Assembly: GCA_039588015.1 (NCBI GenBank)
Contig: JBDHAS010000002.1
Location: 1,638-65,637 of the forward strand
Direction: 5' to 3'
DNA length: 64,000 bases
Source of the DNA: Gemmatimonadota bacterium
GTDB lineage: Bacteria; Gemmatimonadota; Gemmatimonadetes; Palauibacterales; KS3-K002
Of this stretch, positions 55,647-64,000 are shown one piece after another. The position numbers and the translations under genes were made by a program. A model generated the notes under the pieces. It was not told the origin of the DNA and did no database searches. It was given only the letters and a program-made list of their open reading frames with translations. The stretch's first letter is position 1. Every line of letters begins with the position of its first letter.

Positions 55647-56240
55647 CTAGTCTCCCGAGCCGAGGCGTCCGTAACTGGTGACGGCGAATTCCCCGCGGCG
55701 GTTCTGAGCCCAAGCGTCCTCGTTAGAGGCGTTCACGAGAGGGCGCTCCTCGCCGTAGCTAATCGTCGTGAAACGGTTCGTCTCGATCCCATAGCTCATC
55801 AAGTACCGGCGTACCGCCTCCGCGCGGCGCTGTCCGAGGGCAAGGTTGTACTCGTCGGAGCCACGCTCATCGCAGTGCCCCTCGAGCCTGAGGTTGATCC
55901 CCGGATACTCGCGGAGGGCACTCACCTTGCGCTGCAAGACTTGCTCGGCGTCGGCCCGGATGTCGGACCTGTCGAAGTCGAAGTGTACGCGCTCGGCGAT
56001 GATCCCCAGCACGCGCTGGCGCTCCGCCTCGCGGCGGCGCCGCTCTTCCTCTTCCAGGCGACGACGCTCGGCTTCCTCGCGCGCTCTCCGCTCGGCTTCC
56101 AGATCCCTGGTGTTGACCTGGGGCTCGGGTTCAGGCTCCGGCTCCGGCTCCGGCGGCGGCGAGCCGCCGCACCCGGCGACGATCAGCGCCAGCGCCAGCG
56201 TGCCGAGCCAGCCTGCGTTCTTCTTCCAAGTGCTAGCCAT
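55647..56240 (-). CDS. pal: Peptidoglycan-associated lipoprotein
   Basis: Lipobox VAGC, FDFD, GHCDERGSDEYNLALG, SYGEERP, NRR. Confidence 0.95.
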   Translation of the reverse strand: MASTWKKNAGWLGTLALALIVAGCGGSPPPEPEPEPEPEPQVNTRDLEAERRAREEAERRRLEEEERRRREAERQRVLGIIAERVHFDFDRSDIRADAEQVLQRKVSALREYPGINLRLEGHCDERGSDEYNLALGQRRAEAVRRYLMSYGIETNRFTTISYGEERPLVNASNEDAWAQNRRGEFAVTSYGRLGSGD

Positions 56241-56250
56241 AAACCGCTCC

Positions 56251-57630
56251 CTAAGGGTTGTTACTGTTGGGGCTTGCAGCACTTTCGCCCATGGAGTGAG
56301 AAGGGGAATCTAAGCGACCTGACCAGTCAGGCAAGCGCGCCCCGGAAGTTCGAACCAGCCGCCGAATCCGACCTGTCACCACGTCCAGAATCCAGAGGCC
56401 TTCCCCTCCGCTTCTGGTAGACGCGAATACTATGTGCCGTCCGTCCGCCGCCCAGCTGGGGTCCTCGTTGCGCCCGACTTGGGTGAGTTGCCGAAGGCCT
56501 GTTCCGTCTGGGGCGGCCGTGAAGATCTGGGGGCTACCCTCCACCCATCCGTGGAAGGCGACGCGATCGCCCATCGGGGACCAGTCGGGGCCGGCGTTGT
56601 GGACGCTCCTATCGTAGATGTACGGCGTGACCAGCTCGGCCGACACTGCTCCGATATCCTTCACAAAGATGTGCAGCTGTCCCAACCGATCCGAGTTGAA
56701 GGCGATACGCTGGGCATCAGGCGAGAACGTCGGTGATAGCGAATTCGAGAAACGCGCAAAGGTCGTCCTCTCTGCACAGCAGCGATCGACGAGATTGTAG
56801 ATGAATATCTCGGTCCGCCCATCAACCGTTCCGGCAAAGGCCAGTTGACTTCCATCCGGCGAATAGGCCGGCGTGATATCCATGCCCGGCAGATCGACAA
56901 GTAGTCTGGAACGACCAGGGTTCAGGCTCAGCTCGTATATCGCCGGGTCACCACCTTGGTACGACATGTAGGCGACCCGGTCGCCCGCGGGAGACCAGGC
57001 GGGAGAAAGCGCGATCGAGTTATCCATGGAGATCGGGCGGGCTTGAAACCCATCACTGTCAACGACGTAGATCTCCGACCCACCCGCACCGTCCGCCACG
57101 TACGCGACCTTGCTGGCGGCGATGCCCGGGCTGCTCGTGGCCCAGGCGACGACCTGGTCGGCAGCGTGGTGAATCGCCAGTCGCATGTCCGTATGCCCGA
57201 CCGGTGGCAATTCGAAGGCGCGGACGTCCTGCAGCAGCCTGAAGACGACGTCGTGCAGCGACAGGCGCAGCACGGGGGCGTCAGCAGTGCCCTCGATCAT
57301 TCCGATCAACAGCCAGACGGCACCCATCTGATCCCAGAGTCCATAGTTGATCGGACCTTCGAGCGGAACATCCTCACCGACTCTCATCACCTGCAGTCGG
57401 TCACTGAAATCGAAGTCGCGCAAGATGATCGCCCGAACGCTGTCGGCCAGTTCCTGGTGCGTGTCTTCCACGGACATGCGTGGCATCACGATCCCCGGCC
57501 GAAACGTCGGCTGATAGAGGATCCCTACGCGTACGTCGGTCGGGATGCTGTCGCGCTGGGTTTCCTGGGCGGAGGTGGACCCAGCAGCGAGCGCCAGCCC
57601 GGCGCACAGGATCGCCGTCGTCCTACCCAT
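56251..57630 (-). CDS. tolB: TolB
   Basis: Signal peptide and PD40 repeats (PAWSP, PAYSPDG, PDWSP) in tol context. Confidence 0.9.
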   Translation of the reverse strand: MGRTTAILCAGLALAAGSTSAQETQRDSIPTDVRVGILYQPTFRPGIVMPRMSVEDTHQELADSVRAIILRDFDFSDRLQVMRVGEDVPLEGPINYGLWDQMGAVWLLIGMIEGTADAPVLRLSLHDVVFRLLQDVRAFELPPVGHTDMRLAIHHAADQVVAWATSSPGIAASKVAYVADGAGGSEIYVVDSDGFQARPISMDNSIALSPAWSPAGDRVAYMSYQGGDPAIYELSLNPGRSRLLVDLPGMDITPAYSPDGSQLAFAGTVDGRTEIFIYNLVDRCCAERTTFARFSNSLSPTFSPDAQRIAFNSDRLGQLHIFVKDIGAVSAELVTPYIYDRSVHNAGPDWSPMGDRVAFHGWVEGSPQIFTAAPDGTGLRQLTQVGRNEDPSWAADGRHIVFASTRSGGEGLWILDVVTGRIRRLVRTSGARLPDWSGRLDSPSHSMGESAASPNSNNP

Positions 57631-57735
57631 GTACAATATGACCGTCGCCCGGGAGCGCTGACGCATCCACCGGCGCGGTCGACCAGCGAATCGTGGTCTT
57701 AGATCCATCTACAGACTTCAAGCTGTTCAAGTTGG

Positions 57736-58452
57736 CTAGTATCGGGTCGGATCGAAAAAGAACGACACGCGTAGAGCGTCCGACGGATAGTCCTCCGGCA
57801 GCGGCCCGAATGCTCTTCGTCGACCTGCTGCCTCGATCGCTCCGCGTGTCTCGAGGTCGAAAACGGGATTCCCCGAGCGCCGTACCCATGCCACATCCTC
57901 CACCGACCCATCGCTCAGAATAGTGAATGCGAGCTCAGCCCGCAGTTGCTGGCCGCCGGTTGGCGGCCGCCAATGCCGCTTTATCTGCAAGATAATATTG
58001 GCGAGATACTCCGGATACTGGAAGGGCGCGCCCTCCAGCCGTACGGGCAGGCCTTCAACACCCTCCGGCGATTGCTCGGGCGCGGCCGCCGGCCTTTCCT
58101 CCACCGGTGGTTCTGGGGTTACTTCCACAGCCTCCGTTTCGGCCTCCACCGGAGTCGATTCCCTTCGGGGCCTCTCGGTCGGCGCAGGTTGTGTTTCGAC
58201 GGGCCTCGTTCTGGGCTGCTCCTCCGGAGTAGGCCTCGGCCGGTCAGGAACCGGAACCGTACGCACGGGGGCTTCGCGGGGCGCGGCGACGAGCTCCACC
58301 TGATAGATCTGCGGCGGAGTGGGCATCGACAAATGCGTGGCACCCCAGAACATGATGCCAAGCAGAATGACATGCATGCTGAGCGAGCCGACGACGGCCT
58401 CGGTAACCCCGTCCTCAGAGCGTGATTCACGGCGAAATGTCAGCCGGGCCAT
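57736..58452 (-). CDS. TolA/TonB-like protein
   Basis: TM with SxxxH, Pro-rich linker and TonB_C-like end (SGNPVFD, FGPLP). Confidence 0.82.
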   Translation of the reverse strand: MARLTFRRESRSEDGVTEAVVGSLSMHVILLGIMFWGATHLSMPTPPQIYQVELVAAPREAPVRTVPVPDRPRPTPEEQPRTRPVETQPAPTERPRRESTPVEAETEAVEVTPEPPVEERPAAAPEQSPEGVEGLPVRLEGAPFQYPEYLANIILQIKRHWRPPTGGQQLRAELAFTILSDGSVEDVAWVRRSGNPVFDLETRGAIEAAGRRRAFGPLPEDYPSDALRVSFFFDPTRY

Positions 58453-58456
58453 TCGA

Positions 58457-58885
58457 TCAGCGCCTCCGCCGCACCTCCGGCTCCGCCACCAAGCCGACGG
58501 CGTCGATCTCGGCCGCCTTCAGCGCAGCCACCACCTTCAACACGATGCCGTAAGCGGCGGCTTCATCCCCCCGCACGTATACGGTCGGCGTGCCCTTCAG
58601 CGTCCACACATCACGGATCGCAGCCTTGAATTCATCCAGCGTGACCGACGCATCGTCTATATAGATCTGGCCTTCGCGATCGATCGAGACAACGATCGCC
58701 TCGCTGGCTGGTATTGGCGCCACCTCCGCTTCCGGTAGTCGCACCTCCACCCCACCCTGCAGGATCGGCGCGGTGATCATGAAGATCACGAGCAAGGTGA
58801 ACGCCACGTCGACCAGGTTGATGAGGTTGATGTCCGCCGATAGCGGCAGGGACCGTTCTTCGTACAGTCCGCCGTACCTTGCCAT
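58457..58885 (-). CDS. tolR: TolR/ExbD
   Basis: INLINLVDV..LLVIFMITAP. Confidence 0.9.
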   Translation of the reverse strand: MARYGGLYEERSLPLSADINLINLVDVAFTLLVIFMITAPILQGGVEVRLPEAEVAPIPASEAIVVSIDREGQIYIDDASVTLDEFKAAIRDVWTLKGTPTVYVRGDEAAAYGIVLKVVAALKAAEIDAVGLVAEPEVRRRR

Positions 58886-59586
58886 CAGATCTTACCCTCG
58901 CGTGCCAGTGCTCCGATGAATTCGTTGACGAAACCCTGCAATTCTCCCCCGAACAGAGCCAGGCGGCTCGCGAAATAGTTGTAGCCGATCACCGCCGGGA
59001 TCGCGACGCCGAGGCCCGTCACAGTGGTGATGAGCGCCTCGGCAATTCCCGGCGCTACGGCCGTGATGCTGGCGGTGCCCATGACTGATATCCCGACGAA
59101 CGAGTCCATCACACCGACGACTGTACCCATCAGCCCGAGCAGCGGGCTCACCGTGGCAATCGTGGCGAGGCCAGGCAATCCATGGGCCATGGCATCCCGC
59201 TCTCCCACGACCTCCTTCTCCATGACCAAATGCAGGGTCTCCACCTGCGCGGCCCGGAGGCCACTCTCCGAGCGCTGTTGTAAGCCGGCAAAGAAGTTCA
59301 TCCCATGCCTGAAGACACGCAGGTTGGGCGAATCCGGCAGCGTGATGACCGCTTTGTACGCTTCGTCGAGATGCTGGGCCTGGGCGACCTCCTCGAGAAA
59401 CTGCTCTTGCAGCAACCGTACGCGCCGAAACTGGATTCCTTTCCAGATGATCAGCACCCACGAGCCCAACGAGAAGACGAGCAGCACGATCAGGATCAGC
59501 TTGGTGGTGATGGTCGCGTGGGCCACCATGTCCCACGCGTTGACAGGGAGCGGAGTCTGCACGATAGCCGCCGCGACCGCCAACAT
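58885..59586 (-). CDS. tolQ: TolQ/ExbB
   Basis: SPLLGLMGTVVG, VAPGIAEALITT, VAIPA. Confidence 0.9.
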   Translation of the reverse strand: MLAVAAAIVQTPLPVNAWDMVAHATITTKLILIVLLVFSLGSWVLIIWKGIQFRRVRLLQEQFLEEVAQAQHLDEAYKAVITLPDSPNLRVFRHGMNFFAGLQQRSESGLRAAQVETLHLVMEKEVVGERDAMAHGLPGLATIATVSPLLGLMGTVVGVMDSFVGISVMGTASITAVAPGIAEALITTVTGLGVAIPAVIGYNYFASRLALFGGELQGFVNEFIGALAREGKI

Positions 59587-59588
59587 CA

Positions 59589-60542
59589 CTACGCCCTCTC
59601 CGCAATCCAGCGATACGTTTGCATCAAACCGTCCGCCAGGCCCATCGCTGACTTCCACCCAAGTTGTTGTAGTCTCTCAGTGTTCAGGCTGTTCCACTCG
59701 AGCTCGCCCGGCCGCTCAGGCGCGTAATCCACGGGTACCTCGCGTCCGGCAGCGCGCATCAGCTGGGTGGCCAGTTCGTTCACACTGACTTCCCTGCCGG
59801 TGCCGACGTTGTATGCACGATCGTCGATCTCCGATCCATCACCCAGCTCAGCCTCCGACACCAGCATGTTGGCCTCGACCACGTCGCCGACGAAGACGTA
59901 GTCGCGCGTCTGCTCGCCGGTGCCGAAGATGGTGATCGGGCTGTTGTCTATGAGGCGATTCGAGAAGATGGCCACCACTCCGGCCTCGCCGTGAGGGTCC
60001 TGTCTGGGCCCGTAGACGTTCGAATAGCGCAGAGCCACGTAGTCCAGTCCGTGCAACAGGCGATAGCAGCGCATGTAGTACTCGCTGACCAGCTTGCTGA
60101 TTCCGTACGGCGACTCGGGACGCTTCGGGGCGGTCTCCGGGATCGGCCGCTCCTCGGCATCGCCGTACACGACACCGCCCGACGAGATCGTTATCACACG
60201 CCGCGACTCCCAACGCCGAGCAGCCTCCAGCAGGTTCAGCAGGCCCCTGATGTTGACGTCGGCGTCGAACATAGGATCCTTCACCGACAACCTGACGTCG
60301 ATCTGGGCTGCGTGGTGATTGACGACGTCGAAGCCGCCGCTGCGTTCGAATAGCTCGTGGAGCTCTTCGTCTCGCACGTCCATCTCGACGAAGTCAGCGC
60401 CATCCGGCAAGTTCTCGATCTTCCCACTGGACAGGTTGTCTATAATGGTCACTGACCAGCCGCGTGCCAGATAGGCGTCCGCCACGTGCGAACCGATGAA
60501 TCCCGCACCGCCGGTCACGAGTGCCTTTCTACGCTCCTCCAT
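59589..60542 (-). CDS. NAD-dependent epimerase (GalE-like)
   Basis: TGGAGFIGSH, YGISK, RYSNVYGPRQ. Confidence 0.92.
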   Translation of the reverse strand: MEERRKALVTGGAGFIGSHVADAYLARGWSVTIIDNLSSGKIENLPDGADFVEMDVRDEELHELFERSGGFDVVNHHAAQIDVRLSVKDPMFDADVNIRGLLNLLEAARRWESRRVITISSGGVVYGDAEERPIPETAPKRPESPYGISKLVSEYYMRCYRLLHGLDYVALRYSNVYGPRQDPHGEAGVVAIFSNRLIDNSPITIFGTGEQTRDYVFVGDVVEANMLVSEAELGDGSEIDDRAYNVGTGREVSVNELATQLMRAAGREVPVDYAPERPGELEWNSLNTERLQQLGWKSAMGLADGLMQTYRWIAERA

Positions 60543-61833
60543 TTCCCTCCACCTCTTCCTCTTCCATGGCGAATAGATAGCGAGCGGCCTCCAAGACATC
60601 GTGCTCGCGGCCGTCCTCTGTGGCGGCGCGCACCCGCGCCGTCGGTTGGTGCAACAGCTTTTGCAACAGATCCTTGGTCAGGCGTTCGACGCGTTGCCTG
60701 TCTGCATCCGACAGGTGGTCAAGCTTCGACAGCGCCCGCTCCAACTCGGCCTGGCGCATGTTCTCGGCACGGTCGCGAAGCTGCTTGATGAAGGGGACCG
60801 CGCGCAGACCGGAATACCAGCGCCAAAACTTCTCGACCTCGTCCTCGATGATAGCGTCCGCCTTCGGCAGCTCGCTTTGGCGGCGTTCCAGGTTGGCAGT
60901 GACTATGTGCTGCAAATCGTCGATGGTATACAAGAAGACGTTGGGTCGCTCCCCGACGCCCGGTTCTACATCGCGTGGGATGGCGATATCGATGATGAAC
61001 AGCGGCGTCCTCAGTTTGGCGGGCATCCTTCGCTGGAATCCCTCATGCGTGATCATCGCGTGAGGGGCCGCCGTGGATGTGATTACGATATCCATATCCG
61101 GCAGCGAGTCCCAGAAATCGGCGAACGAGATGCTCGTTCCTCCGTACTTTTCGGCGACCTTCTGCGCGCGCATCATGTTACGGCTGCCCACCATAACACT
61201 GGTCACGCCTTCGTCGACCAGACACTCCAACGTCAGTTCGCCCATATCGCCGGCGCCGAGTACCATGCCGCGCCGGCCGCGTAACGAGCCGAAGATCTTC
61301 TTGGCAAGTTCGACTGCCGCCGACGGAACCGAGGCCGCGCCTTCAGAGAGGCGTGTCTCGGTCCTGACACGCCCACCTACCGAGAGGGCCGACTGAAAGA
61401 GGCGGTTGAACACGGCACGCACGGCTTGCCGCTGTCCGATGAGGCTCCGCGCGGTCTCGTACGCCTCGCGAACCTGGCCCTGGATCTGGACCTCGCCAAG
61501 CACCATCGAGTCGAGGCCGGAGACGACACGATAAAGGTGCGCGACGGCGTCTTGACCACGTTTCACGTATAGGTAACGCTCCGCAGGTTTCGGCAACTCG
61601 TCAGCTTGACGCGCGAGCGTATCGATCACGTAAGGGATTGCGGCGTCGGGATCCGTGAGGTGCAGGTAGAACTCGGTGCGGTTACAGGTCGAGATCAGCG
61701 CGCTCTCAGTAACGCCGCTGCTCTCGAGCACGTGCCCCAGCGCGTCTGCCATCTCCGTGGCCGAGAAGGCGAACTTCTCCCGGATCTCGACGGGAGCGGT
61801 TCGATGACTCAGTCCGACTACCGCGAACGCCAT
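60529..61833 (-). CDS. hemA: Glutamyl-tRNA reductase
   Basis: STCNRTE, GLDSMVLGE, GAGDMG, DIAIPRD. Confidence 0.96.
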   Translation of the reverse strand: MAFAVVGLSHRTAPVEIREKFAFSATEMADALGHVLESSGVTESALISTCNRTEFYLHLTDPDAAIPYVIDTLARQADELPKPAERYLYVKRGQDAVAHLYRVVSGLDSMVLGEVQIQGQVREAYETARSLIGQRQAVRAVFNRLFQSALSVGGRVRTETRLSEGAASVPSAAVELAKKIFGSLRGRRGMVLGAGDMGELTLECLVDEGVTSVMVGSRNMMRAQKVAEKYGGTSISFADFWDSLPDMDIVITSTAAPHAMITHEGFQRRMPAKLRTPLFIIDIAIPRDVEPGVGERPNVFLYTIDDLQHIVTANLERRQSELPKADAIIEDEVEKFWRWYSGLRAVPFIKQLRDRAENMRQAELERALSKLDHLSDADRQRVERLTKDLLQKLLHQPTARVRAATEDGREHDVLEAARYLFAMEEEEVEGNGGA

Positions 61834-61924
61834 ATGCCCGTGGCTTCCAACCCGATCTCGACCGCTGGTACGTCACCACCTGCTCTGGGATTACGGATCA
61901 ACCCGAAACGCCTCCATCTATAGG

Positions 61925-62737
61925 CTATAGGAAGAAGCGAGATTCAGCGATCAATAGCTTTGCCACGAGGTATGCCAGGGATACCAGGGCAAAACCGGCG
62001 ACGTTCCACAAGGCGGCCTGCCTCGATGTGCGGCGGCCGCCGAAGCGAGCCCAAAGAGCCAGCAACAGCGCGAGCCAGGCCAGAACTCCCCAGACCACTT
62101 TCGGATCCGACCAGCGAAATCCTCCCTCGAAGCGGATCGTCCACGCCCACCCAACCGAGATGCCGAGGGTCAGCGCCGCAAACCCCACCACGAGCGCCCA
62201 TTCAGCCAGCTTGTCCAGAGTATCGAGTGGGGGGAAGAAATCGAATACGGCTCCGAGCCGCTTCGCCTTCAACTGGCGAAACTGCAGCATGTACATAATC
62301 GCCGCCGCTGCAGCGACAACCCAGCCGGCGTAACCGATGAAGCCGAGCGAGATGTGTAACAACAGCCAACGACCGCGGAAGGCCATTTCCGAGCCGGCCG
62401 GCTCTATGCCTACCACGATGGCCACGATCAACAGAAACGACGCTGTCGGCGCGAGCAGAAGCCCGAGCGCTCGGGCCGAGGCAAATACGCCGAGTCCGGC
62501 CAAGGCGAGCGCGATCAACAGCGCGATGGTTGCGAGAGAGGGGCCGAGACCCACGAGCGGCGGTTCGCCGAAGCGTGCCCAGTACAGGCCGACACCGATC
62601 AGGTGGCAGGCGAGGCCACCATACGTTATGACCGCCACGACCACGGTGGTGCGCGCGTGACCGGCCAACCGAAGTGCATGTCGAGCAGACGCGGCCAAGT
62701 AGAGGACCGCAGCAATTGCGTATGCGAGAACGTGCAT
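61925..62737 (-). CDS. Cytochrome c assembly family membrane protein (CcsA/HemX-like)
   Basis: Multiple TMs, conserved His (LLHIS), PPLDTLD, WSDPK; upstream of hemA. Confidence 0.85.
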   Translation of the reverse strand: MHVLAYAIAAVLYLAASARHALRLAGHARTTVVVAVITYGGLACHLIGVGLYWARFGEPPLVGLGPSLATIALLIALALAGLGVFASARALGLLLAPTASFLLIVAIVVGIEPAGSEMAFRGRWLLLHISLGFIGYAGWVVAAAAAIMYMLQFRQLKAKRLGAVFDFFPPLDTLDKLAEWALVVGFAALTLGISVGWAWTIRFEGGFRWSDPKVVWGVLAWLALLLALWARFGGRRTSRQAALWNVAGFALVSLAYLVAKLLIAESRFFL

Positions 62738-62766
62738 GCGAAGGGAATATAAAAAACGCTCAGAAC

Positions 62767-62803
62767 AAAACTAGACCGGCCAGCTCTTATAGCCGGCCGG
62801 TCT
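62767..62803 (-). terminator. Intrinsic terminator after the LysM gene
   Basis: AGACCGGCCGGCT-ATAAG-AGCTGGCCGGTCT followed by AGTTTT on the minus strand. Confidence 0.7.
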
Positions 62804-62835
62804 GAGTTGACTACACAGGATGCCCTTTTCCTAGG

Positions 62836-64000
62836 TCAGGAAGGCATCTTCCGCACCAGGCGAACTGGCAACCCGACCGAGATCGCCGGGTGCCTCTGCT
62901 GGATCACGCGAAGCGTTGCCGTCCTTTCGGTCACCCGCGTCACGCGGCCTTCCGCGATGTGCTCTTCCGGCAGCCTCAGTCCCTCCGGCGACCGCCGACT
63001 GCCCAGAAAGATCTGGAACTCGTCGCCGACCGCGACGCCCTCGTCGCGGCCTACAGACACGAATATCTGGTCCTCCACAGACGGCACCCACTGGTCTTCC
63101 AGAGTCGCGACCAGCTCTCCGGAGGGTCCGGCGCTGACGTCCTCGGCAAACACACCCCGGTCTAGCTCGAAGCGCTCGAGCAGAGTGGCCTGATTGCCCT
63201 CCTCTATCTTGTCGAACACCTCGACGACCACAGCCCTCGATACTTCCTCGAACACGGCAGCGATCGTGGCGATGCCGGTCGGGCGTACGATATAGCCGTA
63301 GGGCCTAACCTGTCGCTCGATGCGCGTCAGAAGTACGCGATCGCCAGGCTCCGGAGGCTCTCCCCCAGGATGGCTCACGTATATGCCGCTATACAAAATG
63401 GGCGTTTGCTTGAACGAGACGGGTATGCTCACCGGTACCGCCGGATCGATCACCTGACCCCGCGGGCCCAGCTCCCTGAGCGGGATCAGCATGCCGCTTC
63501 GGTAGAAGTCCCACTCCGAGACCGTAATGGGTGGGATTGACGCGATCGTCTGATACGTCAGCGACTCTCGTGCTTCTTCTTCCGTGCGAGCGGCGAAGAC
63601 GGACTTCGCTTGCTGGAACTCCTGCGGCAGTCCCTCGACCTCCACTCCCGGTACCCTCTCGACAACCGGCTCCTCGCCCGGCACCCTGCCTTCGACCGGC
63701 ACGACCTGAGCCCCAGGCAAGAGCAACTCTTCGGCCGGGTAGATCCAGTGCGGGTCCTCAACGACCATCGTGTTGATCCGATAGATCTCGGGCCAGAGGA
63801 AGGGATCGCTGAGATAAAAGGACGCCAGATCCCACAGCGTGTCCCCTTCGCGCACGACGTGCACAGAACGACCCTCTTGGGCCGTCTGTGTAGCCTGCTG
63901 CTCTTGCTGCCTTTCTTGTGCGTCGAGGGGGAGGGCTTTAGGCAGTGAAAGCGCGAACAAAGTCGCGAGGACGAACAGGACGTGCTTAGAAGGGCAGGTC
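62836..64000 (-). CDS. LysM peptidoglycan-binding protein (5' end probably beyond the window)
   Basis: HVVREGDTLWDLA..DPFLWPEIY..DPHWIYP; the frame is open to the window edge. Confidence 0.88.
   Translation of the reverse strand, partial: TCPSKHVLFVLATLFALSLPKALPLDAQERQQEQQATQTAQEGRSVHVVREGDTLWDLASFYLSDPFLWPEIYRINTMVVEDPHWIYPAEELLLPGAQVVPVEGRVPGEEPVVERVPGVEVEGLPQEFQQAKSVFAARTEEEARESLTYQTIASIPPITVSEWDFYRSGMLIPLRELGPRGQVIDPAVPVSIPVSFKQTPILYSGIYVSHPGGEPPEPGDRVLLTRIERQVRPYGYIVRPTGIATIAAVFEEVSRAVVVEVFDKIEEGNQATLLERFELDRGVFAEDVSAGPSGELVATLEDQWVPSVEDQIFVSVGRDEGVAVGDEFQIFLGSRRSPEGLRLPEEHIAEGRVTRVTERTATLRVIQQRHPAISVGLPVRLVRKMPS

Noticed and set aside
54804-56420. 538-aa ORF over pal/cpoB (its translation matches the plus strand) and other long alternative ORFs such as 26412-27980, 33514-34953 and 35121-36395
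   Set aside because: High-GC shadow frames opposite well-supported genes, with no recognisable motifs.

Overview
High-GC bacterial chromosomal window, most likely Gemmatimonadota. That assignment is an inference from the ADRYRIERELGxGGMATVYLA-type Ser/Thr kinase, the PadR plus duplicated orphan permease pair and the gene order. Bases 1-13.9 kb form an accessory region. It holds a partial kinase, a TetR-controlled MMPL/RND + LolA-like + outer-membrane barrel operon, a TPR gene remnant, PadR + ADOP permease, and a three-gene module with two probable selenoproteins that the ORF track truncates at in-frame UGA codons. One is an ArsM-like methyltransferase (LWAS-U-IGGA) and the other a DedA-rhodanese fusion (YCT-U-PNE); each UGA is followed by a SECIS-like hairpin. 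Bases 14-64 kb are core genes, almost all on the minus strand: obgE, asparaginase, TauE, ctpA, tmk, ino1, CDP-alcohol phosphotransferase, prmC, prfA, rpmE, lnt, ispG, hemL, rimO, lolA, ftsK, comB, accC/B, efp, pepP, aroQ, two acidic TPR proteins, ppiD/surA, polyprenyl synthase, hutI/U, lptD-like, tatC, nrdR, tol-pal, a galE-like epimerase, hemA, a ccsA/hemX-like gene and a LysM protein. No rRNA, tRNA, CRISPR or transposase was recognised. All calls come from motif recognition by eye; no database search was run.
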